From: Clostridia bacterium
Lineage (GTDB): Bacteria > Bacillota > Clostridia > Oscillospirales > CAG-272
DNA: 46,623 bases
Direction of reading: 5' to 3'
Assembly: GCA_017503165.1 (NCBI GenBank)
Contig: JAFVTO010000153.1
Location: 1 to 46,623 of the forward strand
Positions 6,772 to 17,290 of the stretch are shown here, piece by piece (the first letter of the stretch is position 1; each line of letters starts with the position of its first letter). The position numbers and the translations under genes are program-made. A model generated the notes under the pieces. The model searched no databases. It was not told the origin of the DNA and was given only the letters and a program-made list of their open reading frames with translations.

Positions 6772-9159
6772 CTATTCATCCTCGCCGTTCTGCTCGGAAA
6801 TAAATTCCTCCAGAAGCTGGGGAAGGCGTGTCATTATTTCGTCATGCCTCAGCTTGTCGGCGGCATATGCGCGGCGAAGGAGCGAGGCGGGAACGAAATC
6901 GTCGTATTTATCAAAAACAGGAACCTCTCCCGCTCCGGAGAGAGAGTATAAGTCGATGCCCTCGTCGGAAATATGTGAGCAGAGGGTAGACAGTAGCTCA
7001 TAGGCATTGCCATGCTCCATGCGGAAGGAGATATAGTAACAGCCCTCATAGTCGATGGCGCTGATGCCGAGCTCTGAGCGATATTTGGAGATCAATTTTC
7101 TCAGGGTGCGGAAGGAGCGGGTTCCAAGCCAGGGGAAGAGGCACCAGGAGTAACCTCCCAGATGCACAAGAGAGGAGCGAAGCATACCCGTCCGCCTTGC
7201 GGTTTCCCTGGCAACGCGCAGTCTTTGGGCGGCGTTGGGCTTAAGATAGGGGTAGATCACGTCCTCGCTGAGCACGCGCCGCATTCTTTCCAATATCCTT
7301 GTATGGATCTCGCCGTAATCTCCCGGCCAGCTTATCTCCATTTTTCCTTCGACGGAACGGACGTAGATCAGCTTCGACGGAAGATCCAGCTCCTCCACCT
7401 CCCATACTCTGCCTGCGAGAGCAAAGCGGTCTCCCACGGGAGGCGGGGTGGTTATTGTACCTATCTCATCCGAGCCGCAACGGACGGTATAATCCTCGCT
7501 GTCCTTGAACACGGCATAGAATTTAAAGCTGTTTGTAAGGCGTTCGCCGGAAAGTCCGACTATCAGGCCCCCTGTTTCGGTCTTTTCAATAAAATCGTTT
7601 TGCAGCATTCCGAGAAGCAGGGTTTTGTAGTCTTCCTTGGATACGTGAGCAAAGGGCGGCAGAGACATTACCTTTCCCGCAAGCTGAGCGGCGGTAAGCT
7701 CTCCGGATGCCGCAAGCACACTTAGGGTTTGCTGGAACATCAGGCTAAAAGGCAGTTTTTTTACCGTGGGAGGCTCGATAAATCTCTCTTCGGCGTAAAG
7801 CTGGATTATAGCTATCGCCTGCAGCAGTCGCCAGGGAATAAGCTGAGGGAGCGGCGTGTTTGGCAGTGGCACCTCCTCGCGGAATACCATCATCATTTCC
7901 GGCGGCGCGCCACGACGTCCCGATCTGCCCAATCTCTGGAGCATGGAGGATACGGAGTTGGGTGCTTCGATCTGAACTATCCGCTCCAGCTTTCCGATGT
8001 CGATACCCAATTCAAGGGTAACGGTAGCGCAGGTTGCGTTTACCGTTTCATCGTTCTTCAACGCAAGCTCCGCCTCCTCACGTATAGCGGCAGAGAGGTT
8101 TCCGTGGTGGATGGAGAAAAAGTCCCGTTCTCCCCTTCTTTGGGCTATCTGTCGCATGGTGGCGGTAATAAATTCCGCCTCCTCACGGGAGTTGGTAAAG
8201 ACCAGACTTTTTCTTCCCTTTACGCAGTCAAAGATATATTCGTATCCCGGATCTCCCATACGCGTTCCCACGGTGGATAAAGCGCTCGACTCCGCCATTT
8301 GATTCGGATCGGCATCCAAAGACGCGGCAATTTCCCCGGTTTCGGTTGCCCGAGCTACCATATCCGTATTTTCTTCACCGTGGTGATCGCCTAAATTATC
8401 GGAATCCGCCTGAGCGGATATAGTTTCGTGAGTAAGAGAATTGGCGTCCCCCGAGTTCTGAATATAGAAATGCTCGGCGCCCAGTCTCCAACGCAGCTTT
8501 CCCTCGGCAATTCGCGGCACTGCGGTCCTTCGCTCCGTTCCGGACGAAAGCCACGCGGCGGCAATTCCCGTGTCACCTACAGTTGCCGACAGCCCTATTC
8601 TTCTGGGTGACCTGCCTATCAGCCGCTGCAGACGGCAAAGCTGACAGAGGATCTGATTTCCGCGGTCGCTTCCCGTAAGGGTGTGAAGCTCGTCCACAAT
8701 AACGTAGCGGAGATCGCAAAAAAGCCTGGGGATGTCGTTTGAGCGGTTGATGAGCATGCTTTCAAGGGATTCCGGAGTTATCTGCAATATTCCCTTAGGG
8801 TTGCGGAGTGCCTTCGCCTTATGGGAGGCGGCAACATCTCCGTGCCAATGGAAGGTTGGTATTCCGCTTTCCGCAAGAAGCTCGTCCATACGGGAAAACT
8901 GATCGTTTATAAGGCTTTTGAGGGGAGCGATATACAAAACGGCAAAGCTGTTCGCGGGATCCTCGCTAAGCTGGGTAAGGATCGGGAAAAATGCCGCTTC
9001 AGTCTTTCCCGAGGCAGTGGAAGTGGTCAGGAGCAGATTATCGTCGGTGTTGAACAGTACCTCTGCCGCCGCAATCTGCACCTCTCGCATCTCCTGCCAG
9101 CCGCTTCTGTATATGAAATCCTGAATAAACGGAGGAAAACGCAAAAACAGGTCGGACAT
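6772..9159 (-). CDS. Lhr-like DEAD/DEAH-box superfamily-2 helicase with a DEAD-associated C-terminal domain
   Basis: Motif I TASGKTEAAF, motif II VIVDELH, motif III LSATVG, motif VI QRLGRSGRR. The C-terminal region contains WCLFPWLGTRSFRTL. Confidence 0.85.
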   Translation of the reverse strand: MSDLFLRFPPFIQDFIYRSGWQEMREVQIAAAEVLFNTDDNLLLTTSTASGKTEAAFFPILTQLSEDPANSFAVLYIAPLKSLINDQFSRMDELLAESGIPTFHWHGDVAASHKAKALRNPKGILQITPESLESMLINRSNDIPRLFCDLRYVIVDELHTLTGSDRGNQILCQLCRLQRLIGRSPRRIGLSATVGDTGIAAAWLSSGTERRTAVPRIAEGKLRWRLGAEHFYIQNSGDANSLTHETISAQADSDNLGDHHGEENTDMVARATETGEIAASLDADPNQMAESSALSTVGTRMGDPGYEYIFDCVKGRKSLVFTNSREEAEFITATMRQIAQRRGERDFFSIHHGNLSAAIREEAELALKNDETVNATCATVTLELGIDIGKLERIVQIEAPNSVSSMLQRLGRSGRRGAPPEMMMVFREEVPLPNTPLPQLIPWRLLQAIAIIQLYAEERFIEPPTVKKLPFSLMFQQTLSVLAASGELTAAQLAGKVMSLPPFAHVSKEDYKTLLLGMLQNDFIEKTETGGLIVGLSGERLTNSFKFYAVFKDSEDYTVRCGSDEIGTITTPPPVGDRFALAGRVWEVEELDLPSKLIYVRSVEGKMEISWPGDYGEIHTRILERMRRVLSEDVIYPYLKPNAAQRLRVARETARRTGMLRSSLVHLGGYSWCLFPWLGTRSFRTLRKLISKYRSELGISAIDYEGCYYISFRMEHGNAYELLSTLCSHISDEGIDLYSLSGAGEVPVFDKYDDFVPASLLRRAYAADKLRHDEIMTRLPQLLEEFISEQNGEDE

Positions 9160-9345
9160 TTAGGTTTGCTTCCTTTCTTTGCTTTCGGTGAATGATGTAT
9201 GTTGCTTGCGTAAGAAAATATTTACAAAATATCGGATAAATGTGTGGGAAAATAAGAAAAATATATGATAAAATGTTGTGGTATAAGGATACTTTATACC
9301 GCCACAGAATTCAGAGCGCAAAAAGAAACGGAGAGAAAACAGACC

Positions 9346-10251
9346 GTGGTCAGTAATCTGTCACTTTACAGAATATTTCTTGAAACAGCGAAATGCGGAA
9401 GCATATCGGCGGCGGCGAGGCGATTGTACGTTACTCAGCCTGCGGTAAGCGTCGGTATAATGCAGCTTGAAAATGAGCTTGGAGTCAAGCTTTTTTTCCG
9501 AACCTCAAAGGGAATAAAGCTAACCCAGGAGGGTGAAACACTGTACGAATACGTGGCAAACGCCCTTAATTTCCTGGAAAGCGGAGAGGATAAGCTGCGG
9601 GAGCTTCACAATCTGGACGGCGGAGTCCTCAGAGTTGGCGCCAGTGATATGACGCTTAAATTCTATCTGCTGGACTATCTTGAAAAATTCAATAAAGAGC
9701 ATCCGAAGGTGCGGCTTACGGTCAGCAATAACCCCACGCCACGGACGCTTGAAGCGCTGAAAAACGGAAGTATTGACTTCTGTGTTATATCCGAGCCCGT
9801 AAGCGAGGACGACGAGATAACCTACAAAAGGGTAAAGACGGTGCGGGATATAATGGTATGCTGTCCGGAGCAGTACTCGCGATTCTGCGAGGGTGCCAAG
9901 GACTTTGCGGATCTGCTCTGCCACCCCCTGGTCATGCTGGACAGAGAGACCAGCACAAGGCGTTACGTCGAGGAATGGATGCGTAAATGCGGCGTTTCCG
10001 AGGAACTTCTTCAGCCGGAGATAGAGCTGGCTACCAGTGATCTTGTGGTGGATTTCGCCAAAAGAGGGATCGGCATCGGTTGCGTTGTGGATGAGTTCGC
10101 AAGGGAGGATATCCGATCGGGAAGGCTGATCGAGATCCCACTGAAGCGCCCATTCCCGCCAAGATGCTTTATGCTGGCACATTTGAAAAAAATGCCGCTC
10201 AACTCAGGAGCAAAGCAGTTTTTGGCATTGCTTGACGGTCAGGAGGATTGA
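9346..10251 (+). CDS. LysR-family transcriptional regulator
   Basis: N-terminal LYRIFLETAKCGSISAAARRLYVTQPAVS plus a substrate-binding domain. The probable start is GTG 9346, which is in frame with ORF-track start 9265. Confidence 0.85.
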   Translation: MVSNLSLYRIFLETAKCGSISAAARRLYVTQPAVSVGIMQLENELGVKLFFRTSKGIKLTQEGETLYEYVANALNFLESGEDKLRELHNLDGGVLRVGASDMTLKFYLLDYLEKFNKEHPKVRLTVSNNPTPRTLEALKNGSIDFCVISEPVSEDDEITYKRVKTVRDIMVCCPEQYSRFCEGAKDFADLLCHPLVMLDRETSTRRYVEEWMRKCGVSEELLQPEIELATSDLVVDFAKRGIGIGCVVDEFAREDIRSGRLIEIPLKRPFPPRCFMLAHLKKMPLNSGAKQFLALLDGQED

Positions 10252-10332
10252 CCATACGTCATCAGCGGAGCGTTGGGAAATTGTTAGGTTACTTGCGGAT
10301 GACAAGATTCGCGTTGCTTGACGGGCTGTTCT

Positions 10333-11463
10333 TTAAATATATATCCTCTTCACTCGTGAAGAGATCGCCGTTGTGATCTCGTAGCTTACGGTGGAGGCAG
10401 CCTCCGCTATCCGTCCAACCGAGCCTGGAGCATCGGCCGAAAAAAAGCAGACGGTATCACCAACCCTCGGCGCCCGACTGTGAAGCGCCGTGTCGGTTAC
10501 ATCCAGCATACACATATCCATGCATATTCTTCCCGCGAAAGGGGCTGGATAGCCGTTGACCGTGGGAATACAGCCCTTGGTATAGCATCGGAGAAGTCCG
10601 TCGCCGTAGCCGATAGGAGCTGTTGCGATAAGCGAGCGCCTTTTGCAGACAAAATCTGCACCATAGCCTACTGTTTCCCCTTTATTTGCCACGTGAACGG
10701 CAATTATCGGAGCGCGGAGAGTCATCACCTGCTTCAGTCCCGGATCCGGAACGGTTGGGGAAGGAAGTATTCCGTAAAGGGCAATGCCGCATCTGCAGGC
10801 GTTCAGCCTCATTTCGGGATAACGGAGGGCAGCGGCGGTGTTGCAGGCGTGGAAAAGCAACTTTTCACCGGAAAAATTGCCTATCAATTGAGAAAAATCA
10901 GAGAATTGCCGCGGCGTAAGCGCATCGTCCGGCAGGTCGGCGCAAGGAAAATGAGTAAACACCCCCTGCAGATCAAGCCTCTCGCTTTTGAGGAGCTCCG
11001 ATATCAAAAGAGCTGTGTCGGGGGAGGAAACGGAATATCCTATTCGGTTCATCCCCACATCCACGGAGGCGTGAACCTTTATTTTTTCTCCCGAAGCCTC
11101 CAGCTCTGCCGCATGACTGTGGGAAACTACGGTCTGTATTATGCGGTTTTCTGCCAGAATTGCCGCATGATTCGGGTGGGTATAGCCCAAGATGAGTATT
11201 TCGGCGGAGCGGTCGCCAAGCCCACGTCGCAAGGCAAGTGCCTCGCTCAGATTGGCGACTGCAAACCGCTTGGCTCCAACGGAATAAAGCGCTTGCGAGC
11301 AGGCGACAGCACCGTGTCCGTATGCGTTTGCCTTCACCACGCAGATAATATCGCCTACGGCGTGTGTCATCAGTAGATAGTTTTCTTTCAGCGCGGTCAA
11401 ATCAATTACCGCCTCGGCGCAGAGCGGAGCAAAGAGAGCGGGTGCCAAGGGCTTACTCTCCAT
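10333..11463 (-). CDS. alr: Alanine racemase
   Basis: PLP-lysine motif VVKANAYGHGA, full-length two-domain layout with C-terminal YEITTAISSRVKR. Confidence 0.9.
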   Translation of the reverse strand: MESKPLAPALFAPLCAEAVIDLTALKENYLLMTHAVGDIICVVKANAYGHGAVACSQALYSVGAKRFAVANLSEALALRRGLGDRSAEILILGYTHPNHAAILAENRIIQTVVSHSHAAELEASGEKIKVHASVDVGMNRIGYSVSSPDTALLISELLKSERLDLQGVFTHFPCADLPDDALTPRQFSDFSQLIGNFSGEKLLFHACNTAAALRYPEMRLNACRCGIALYGILPSPTVPDPGLKQVMTLRAPIIAVHVANKGETVGYGADFVCKRRSLIATAPIGYGDGLLRCYTKGCIPTVNGYPAPFAGRICMDMCMLDVTDTALHSRAPRVGDTVCFFSADAPGSVGRIAEAASTVSYEITTAISSRVKRIYI

Positions 11464-12025
11464 TATCTGCGTTTTCCGCGGTAATTACCGCGAAATCGCG
11501 TATTTCTGCGGAGAACGGGATCCCGTCGACTGCTCCCTCTGCCAATACGGGTATTCCGTTTTCGTCCAAGGTCAAGGCAATGCCGCCCACGGTTACCTTA
11601 GTTAACGTCCCGTTAGTACCGTTATAAACCGGCTCTGCAGCGGTGACGTTTTCGGGAGACGGTGAAAAAATCTTGGTGCAGATACTCGGCAGAACGGTAA
11701 GCGGCTGCGGAGCGACAACGCTCAAACCGTCCAGCGAGAGAGTAACAGCCCCGTTTTCCGTGGTGAATACCAAGTCTTTAAGCTCCTCAGGAGCGGTAAG
11801 ACTCAGGGTCTCTCTGCCGTTTTCACGACGGTAGACGGCTTGACTCTCTATACCGTTGCATTTCACCGTCACTGTGGCGGTAAGATCGCTGCTCCGGAAG
11901 AAAAAAAGCTCCCGAGCATCTGGATGAGGCGAGCAGGAGCTAATGGGTATAACAGAGAAAAACGCGGCAAATATCCAAGCAAAGAAAAGGATAAGCGCGG
12001 TCAAATGGCGCGGTATACTGTTCAT
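11453..12025 (-). CDS. Hypothetical lipoprotein
   Basis: Signal peptide with lipobox-like PISSC. It overlaps the alr start by 11 nt. Confidence 0.55.
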   Translation of the reverse strand: MNSIPRHLTALILFFAWIFAAFFSVIPISSCSPHPDARELFFFRSSDLTATVTVKCNGIESQAVYRRENGRETLSLTAPEELKDLVFTTENGAVTLSLDGLSVVAPQPLTVLPSICTKIFSPSPENVTAAEPVYNGTNGTLTKVTVGGIALTLDENGIPVLAEGAVDGIPFSAEIRDFAVITAENADNGE

Positions 12026-12125
12026 AAGGCCTCCGGTATAATTATTAACATTACTGAATTATATGGAGGCTTTGTGATTATTATGACGTTTTTTTCGGGA
12101 TAATTACGTTACGCCGCCGAGTCAT

Positions 12126-12710
12126 TTACTCACCGCGGTCGGTTCCGTCCCGGACGACGAGAGTTGACATAACCGTGTTGTGGTTATAGGAGCGGCAAAG
12201 CTTAAGGCTCTTGGGGATCATTTCAAAGAAAACGATACAGCTTTTTCCGTCCTCGTCCTTCCAGGTCCCGTAATAAATATTGGGGGCGCTGAAGGAAGAT
12301 ATCGCCTTGTATATTCTGTCGTAAGTGCCGTTGTCTGCCTTGTCGGCGTAGGCTCCGGTATAGGGAGCGATGACCTCCATTTCCGATACCTTCAGGCAAA
12401 ACCACTTTCTGCGGAATCGGTCGCCGTAGATCTTGGCGAACTCCATATCACCCACGGATATTGAATATTCGTAGGCGACCTCGCCGTACGCGGCGGTGAT
12501 CGGGCCTATCTTTGCTCCAAGCCAGGCAAAAAGCGGAATAAAGAATAACGAGATCCAGAGAAAATCAAGCTCGAAGATATTGATAAGAGCCATACACACA
12601 AGTATAATGAAGAGCGGAACGATTATCCAGCTTGCAATGATCGCGGTTTTTGCAAATCTGTAAAGCCCCTCTTTTTTTCTCGGTACCACATGTTCACACA
12701 AAAAATCCAT
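12126..12710 (-). CDS. Hypothetical two-TM membrane protein (paralogue of 41629-42129)
   Basis: Two hydrophobic helices followed by a YEYSISVGDMEFAKIYG soluble domain. Confidence 0.55.
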   Translation of the reverse strand: MDFLCEHVVPRKKEGLYRFAKTAIIASWIIVPLFIILVCMALINIFELDFLWISLFFIPLFAWLGAKIGPITAAYGEVAYEYSISVGDMEFAKIYGDRFRRKWFCLKVSEMEVIAPYTGAYADKADNGTYDRIYKAISSFSAPNIYYGTWKDEDGKSCIVFFEMIPKSLKLCRSYNHNTVMSTLVVRDGTDRGE

Positions 12711-12817
12711 ATAATCCTCCTTGTCGGTCCTGCCAGCAAAATATACAGGAATGCAATTAACGCGCTCCTCCTACTGTTAATATTATAAAACTTATAAATA
12801 AACTTGTCAAGTTAATA

Positions 12818-12846
12818 TTGCATTTTTTCTGAAAACATTATATAAT
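12818..12846 (+). promoter_or_regulatory. Sigma-70-type promoter upstream of rnhA
   Basis: TTGCAT, 17-nt spacer, TATAAT. Confidence 0.55.
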
Positions 12847-12894
12847 AGACGTTGGAAAGCTTGCTTTACCCATAAGAGAGACGAGGTTACTGCC

Positions 12895-13347
12895 ATGAAG
12901 GATATACAAATCTATACCGACGGTGCGTGTAGCGGCAACCCGGGACCCGGAGGCTACGGCGCGATACTTGTCTGGAACGGTCATGAAAAGGAGCTTTCCG
13001 ACGGGTACCCCGAGACCACCAATAATAAGATGGAGCTATTGGCGGTGATAGTCGCCCTGGAGACGCTGAAGGAGCCCTGCAGGGTAACAGTCACCTCAGA
13101 CTCCAAATACGTTGTGGATGCAATCGCCAAGGGCTGGCTGGATAGCTGGATGTCTCACGGCTGGAAAAAAGCAGACGGCAAGCCTGCGCTGAACGCAGAG
13201 CTGTGGCAAAGGCTGACTGTTCAGCTTAACCGACATAAAGTGGATTTCGTCTGGGTAAAGGGCCATGCCGGCCACCCGTACAACGAGCGCTGTGACCGAC
13301 TGGCTGTGGAAGCGATAGAGCGATGCCGCAATGCATCGTCGCGGTAA
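12895..13347 (+). CDS. rnhA: Ribonuclease HI
   Basis: IYTDGACSGNPGPGGYG...NNKMELLAV...SDSKYV...WVKGHAGHPYNERCDRLA. Confidence 0.9.
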   Translation: MKDIQIYTDGACSGNPGPGGYGAILVWNGHEKELSDGYPETTNNKMELLAVIVALETLKEPCRVTVTSDSKYVVDAIAKGWLDSWMSHGWKKADGKPALNAELWQRLTVQLNRHKVDFVWVKGHAGHPYNERCDRLAVEAIERCRNASSR

Positions 13348-13432
13348 AGATCGCAGATTGAGCTTGCGCCGACCAAAAAGAGGCGCGCATAGCGCCGTCC
13401 CACTTGAAAGAAAAAAGGAGCAGGTAAAAAGC

Positions 13433-14470
13433 TTGAAAATATTGCTTGGAATGAGCGGCGGACTTGACAGTACCTACGCGGCTGAACTACTCAAAAGCCG
13501 CGGCTATGCGGTTGAGGGCGCGGCTGTTATTATGCACGAATATACAGATCTGAAGGCGGCAAAGCTTTCGGCGCGGGAGCTGGGCATTCCGCTTCACGTG
13601 ATCGACGCGCGAGATCTTTTCCGACGGGAAATAGAGGAATATTTTATTCATGAGTACCGTTGCGGCAGAACACCCAATCCATGCGTTGTGTGCAATCCAC
13701 GGGTGAAAATTGGCGAACTATGCAGATTTGCCGCGTCAAACGGCTTTGAACGTGTAGCCACGGGGCATTATGCAAGGACTGTGGAGCGGAACGGGCTGTA
13801 CGGTATCGCCATGGGCGGGGACAGCCGCAAGGATCAGAGCTATATGCTTTGGGGGTTGAGCCCTGAGCAGATAAAAATGTTATGCTTTCCGCTGGGAGAG
13901 CTTACCAAGGACGAGGTGCGCGCCCGTGCGGCACAGCTTGGCTTATCCTCTGCCGGAAGCAAGGAAAGCCAGGACGTATGCTTTATTCCCGACGGCGACT
14001 ATGTGGTATTTGTGGAAAGTCGATCAGGGAAAATGCCGGATGGAAGCTTTGTGGACGACAGCGGAAAAGAGCTTGGCAGACACAGGGGAATAATCAACTA
14101 TACCGTAGGTCAGCGGCGAGGCCTTGGCGTGGCAATGGGGCAAAGAATGTTTGTTTCGGAGATCCGAGCGGAGAAAAACGAGATACTTCTCCGTCCCGAC
14201 GGCGGCAAATACTGCAGTTCTATGGTGATAGACGGCTTGAACTATCAGCTCATGCCCCCGGTGCCGCAGGGCGAAGTCCTTGAATGCACTCTTATGGGCA
14301 AGATACGGTATGCCGCCAAGCCCGAGCCGATGAAGCTGAGAATAGAGGGTGCAAGTGCGACGGTGACCTTTTCTGAGCCCATTCGCGCGGTAACTCCCGG
14401 GCAAAGCGCGGTTTTCTACACCGAAGATAACGCTATTGCCTTAGGAGGGTTTATCAGTCACGGAGAATGA
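13433..14470 (+). CDS. mnmA: tRNA 2-thiouridine(34) synthase MnmA
   Basis: PP-loop GMSGGLDST, ATGHYAR and DQSYMLW motifs. The probable start is TTG 13433. The ORF-track start 13331 overlaps rnhA. Confidence 0.9.
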   Translation: MKILLGMSGGLDSTYAAELLKSRGYAVEGAAVIMHEYTDLKAAKLSARELGIPLHVIDARDLFRREIEEYFIHEYRCGRTPNPCVVCNPRVKIGELCRFAASNGFERVATGHYARTVERNGLYGIAMGGDSRKDQSYMLWGLSPEQIKMLCFPLGELTKDEVRARAAQLGLSSAGSKESQDVCFIPDGDYVVFVESRSGKMPDGSFVDDSGKELGRHRGIINYTVGQRRGLGVAMGQRMFVSEIRAEKNEILLRPDGGKYCSSMVIDGLNYQLMPPVPQGEVLECTLMGKIRYAAKPEPMKLRIEGASATVTFSEPIRAVTPGQSAVFYTEDNAIALGGFISHGE

Positions 14471-14552
14471 GCTTTTCTGCGGCTTTGAAAGGCTTGTGCT
14501 TTTATAACTGCCTCAGCTTGGAGCTGAGAAAAAAAGAAGGGTAGATGCTTTA

Positions 14553-17225
14553 ATGGAAGAAAAGAAATTCTCGATCACGGGAATGAGCTGCGCGGCATGC
14601 TCCGCTCACGTTGAGAAAGCGGTAGGCTCGGTCAAAGGCGTTGAAAAAGTGGCGGTTTCTCTGATGAGCGCGGCAATGAGAGTGAGCTTCGACGGGGCGG
14701 TAACAAGCCCGGAGGAAATAATCCGCGCGGTGGAGAAGGCGGGGTACGGAGCCTCGGAAATGACAAAAAGCGCAGGAATTGCCGCATCAAACGCGGAAAA
14801 TGCCGCTCGACTGCGCCGCAGACTGCTGCTTTCTGCGGTCTTTAACCTTTTCCTTATGTATATTTCCATGGGACACATGCTGGGAGCACCTCTTCCTGAT
14901 TTTCTGGATCCCCACGGAACGGGAGCACTGTTTTTCGCCCTGGCTCAACTTCTGCTGACTCTTCCGGTGATCTGGCTGAACCGCAAATATTTTACCGATG
15001 GGGTTAGCGCAATGCTCAGAGGCGGCGCCAATATGAACAGTCTGATCGCTGTTGGCTCCGGTTCGGCGCTATTGTACGGAGTCTACGTATTTATAAAAAT
15101 AGCCATGGCGGTGGGAGCAGGGGACGCGGAAGCGGCGCATCTGCTTTCAATGGAACTGTATTTTGAGTCGGCGGCGACCATTCTTACTCTGGTGCTTTTG
15201 GGTAAGACGCTTGAGGCAGGAGCTAAGAAAAAGACAACTGCGGCAATCGAGCGGCTAATGCAGCTCCGACCGGATAAGGCGAGAGTAGTGAGAAACGGTG
15301 TAGAGACGGAGGTGGATATTTCCGAGCTTTCCGTCGGTGATACGGTAGCCGTTCGCAGCGGAGAAACTATACCCGCAGACGGAGTTATAATTGACGGTAA
15401 CGGCTCGGTTGACGAGTCGGCGCTGACAGGAGAGAGCTTACCGGTGGAAAAGAGCGGGGGGGATACGGTAACCGGCGCGACGGTAAACCAAAACGGATAT
15501 TTCAGACTGCGCGTAACTCATACCGAGGAGGATTCAGCCCTTACCGCTATAATCAGACTGATGGAGGATGCGGCGGCGAGCAAGGCTCCTGCGGCAAAGT
15601 TGGCAGACAAGGTCAGCGGTGTTTTTGTGCCTGCGGTGTTCGGCATCGCTCTTATATCCGCTATGGTCTGGCTGTTGCTGGGCGAGGGCTTCGGGTTTGC
15701 CGTGCGCGTAGCTGTCTGCGTGCTGGTCATATCCTGCCCCTGCGCTCTGGGGCTTGCCACCCCGGTTGCGGTAACGGTAGGCTGCGGCAGAGGCGCGGAG
15801 CTGGGTGTTCTGATAAAGAACGGCTCCGCCCTGGAGCATGTCGGAAGGATTTCCACCGTAATGCTGGACAAAACCGGAACGGTGACCGAGGGACGACCTG
15901 CCGTGGTAGAATTGAGGCAGGCGGAGGGCGCGGACATGGACGGCAGCGAGCTTGTCCGTTTGGCGGCATCTGCCGAGGCGTTGTCTGAGCATCCCTTGGC
16001 GCGAGGCATCTGTGTGTATGCAGAATTCCTGGGGATTGCCGCGGGAAACGCGGATAATTACTCCTTTACCGAGGGCGGAGGGATCGTTGCATACACGGAA
16101 GGAAGGCGAGTTGCCTGCGGCAATTCACGCTTGATGACTAAGGAAAAGGCGGCTGGATTTTCAGAGCTCCTGTCCGGAGGCGGAGAAACGGTTATCTACG
16201 TTGCGGTAGACGGTGTATATTGCGGCGCGTTTGTGCTTTCCGATAGGATAAGAGCGGATAGCGCAGAGGCGATCGCGGAGCTGAATAAGCTTAAGGTCAA
16301 TACCGTAATGCTTACCGGAGACAGCAAGGAAACCGCAGAGAAGATTGCGAAAAGCGCGGGAATTACCGAGTATTGCGCAGGTCTTTTGCCTCATGATAAG
16401 GAAAGAATCATTTCCGAGCGGCTGGGAGGCGGAGGCATGGTCGCCATGGTGGGAGGCGGAATAAACGATTCTCCGGCGCTGGCGCGGGCGGACGTTGGAA
16501 TCGCCATCGGCGCAGGCACGGACGTTGCCATCGAATCCGCCGATATAGTTCTAACCGGAAATTCTCTTAAGGGCGTACCGCTTGCCATACGGCTGAGTCG
16601 GGCAACGGTAAGGATCATACGTCAGAATCTGTTCTGGGCGCTGTTCTATAACGCGCTCTGCATTCCGATAGCCGCCGGCGTTCTTTATAAGCCCTTTGGG
16701 CTGCTGCTTGACCCTATGCTTGCGGCGCTGGCTATGTGCTTCAGCTCGGTTTTCGTGGTGACCAACGCTTTGCGGCTGTTTACCTTTGAAAGAAAACGGA
16801 GAACACAGAATATTCAACCGGCTCAGCCAACACAGAACACACAGGAAATTCAGAAAGCTCAGCCAACACAGAACACACAGGAAATTCAGGAAGCTCAGCC
16901 AACACAGGAAACACAGCAAATAGAGGAAACACAGCAAATAGAGGAAACACAACCGCTGCAAGAAGCTGAGCAAACCCAAGAAATACAGTCAGGAAAGGAG
17001 ATCAAGGCAGAGATGAAAAGGGAAATGCTGATAGACGGAATGATGTGCAAGCATTGCTCCGGCAGAGTGGAGAAGGCGCTCAATTCCATTGAAGGGGTAC
17101 GCGCTACGGTCGATCTTGAAAAAAATACCGCATATATAACCGTTACCGAGGGCTTTGGAGTCGACGACAAGGTGCTTTCCGATGCGGTGACCGATGCGGG
17201 CTACGATGTTATTTCGATCAAATGA
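14553..17225 (+). CDS. copA: Copper-translocating P1B-type ATPase with N- and C-terminal HMA domains
   Basis: N-terminal [15 protein letters not shown], the [11 protein letters not shown] (CPC) motif, DKTGT and GINDSPAL. The C-terminal domain [15 protein letters not shown] follows a Q/T/E-rich repeat linker. Confidence 0.92.
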   Translation: MEEKKFSITGMSCAACSAHVEKAVGSVKGVEKVAVSLMSAAMRVSFDGAVTSPEEIIRAVEKAGYGASEMTKSAGIAASNAENAARLRRRLLLSAVFNLFLMYISMGHMLGAPLPDFLDPHGTGALFFALAQLLLTLPVIWLNRKYFTDGVSAMLRGGANMNSLIAVGSGSALLYGVYVFIKIAMAVGAGDAEAAHLLSMELYFESAATILTLVLLGKTLEAGAKKKTTAAIERLMQLRPDKARVVRNGVETEVDISELSVGDTVAVRSGETIPADGVIIDGNGSVDESALTGESLPVEKSGGDTVTGATVNQNGYFRLRVTHTEEDSALTAIIRLMEDAAASKAPAAKLADKVSGVFVPAVFGIALISAMVWLLLGEGFGFAVRVAVCVLVISCPCALGLATPVAVTVGCGRGAELGVLIKNGSALEHVGRISTVMLDKTGTVTEGRPAVVELRQAEGADMDGSELVRLAASAEALSEHPLARGICVYAEFLGIAAGNADNYSFTEGGGIVAYTEGRRVACGNSRLMTKEKAAGFSELLSGGGETVIYVAVDGVYCGAFVLSDRIRADSAEAIAELNKLKVNTVMLTGDSKETAEKIAKSAGITEYCAGLLPHDKERIISERLGGGGMVAMVGGGINDSPALARADVGIAIGAGTDVAIESADIVLTGNSLKGVPLAIRLSRATVRIIRQNLFWALFYNALCIPIAAGVLYKPFGLLLDPMLAALAMCFSSVFVVTNALRLFTFERKRRTQNIQPAQPTQNTQEIQKAQPTQNTQEIQEAQPTQETQQIEETQQIEETQPLQEAEQTQEIQSGKEIKAEMKREMLIDGMMCKHCSGRVEKALNSIEGVRATVDLEKNTAYITVTEGFGVDDKVLSDAVTDAGYDVISIK
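16821..16953 (+). repeat. In-frame tandem repeats inside copA (36-bp unit x2.5, then 18-bp unit x2.5)
   Basis: GCTCAGCCAACACAGAACACACAGGAAATTCAG(A/G)AA is repeated from 16821. GAAACACAGCAAATAGAG is repeated from 16908. Together they encode [11 protein letters not shown](K/E) and ETQQIE repeats. Confidence 0.85.
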
Positions 17226-17290
17226 CCTGATAAAATGCTTCGCAAGATGTTCGGAAGATAATTTTAAAAAAGATACGAAAAGCGAAAGGA

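Noticed and set aside
14511-14527. Terminator between mnmA and copA (CTCAGC-TTGGA-GCTGAG)
   Set aside because: It is followed by an A-run on the plus strand and has no U-run on either transcribed strand. The stem is only 6 bp.
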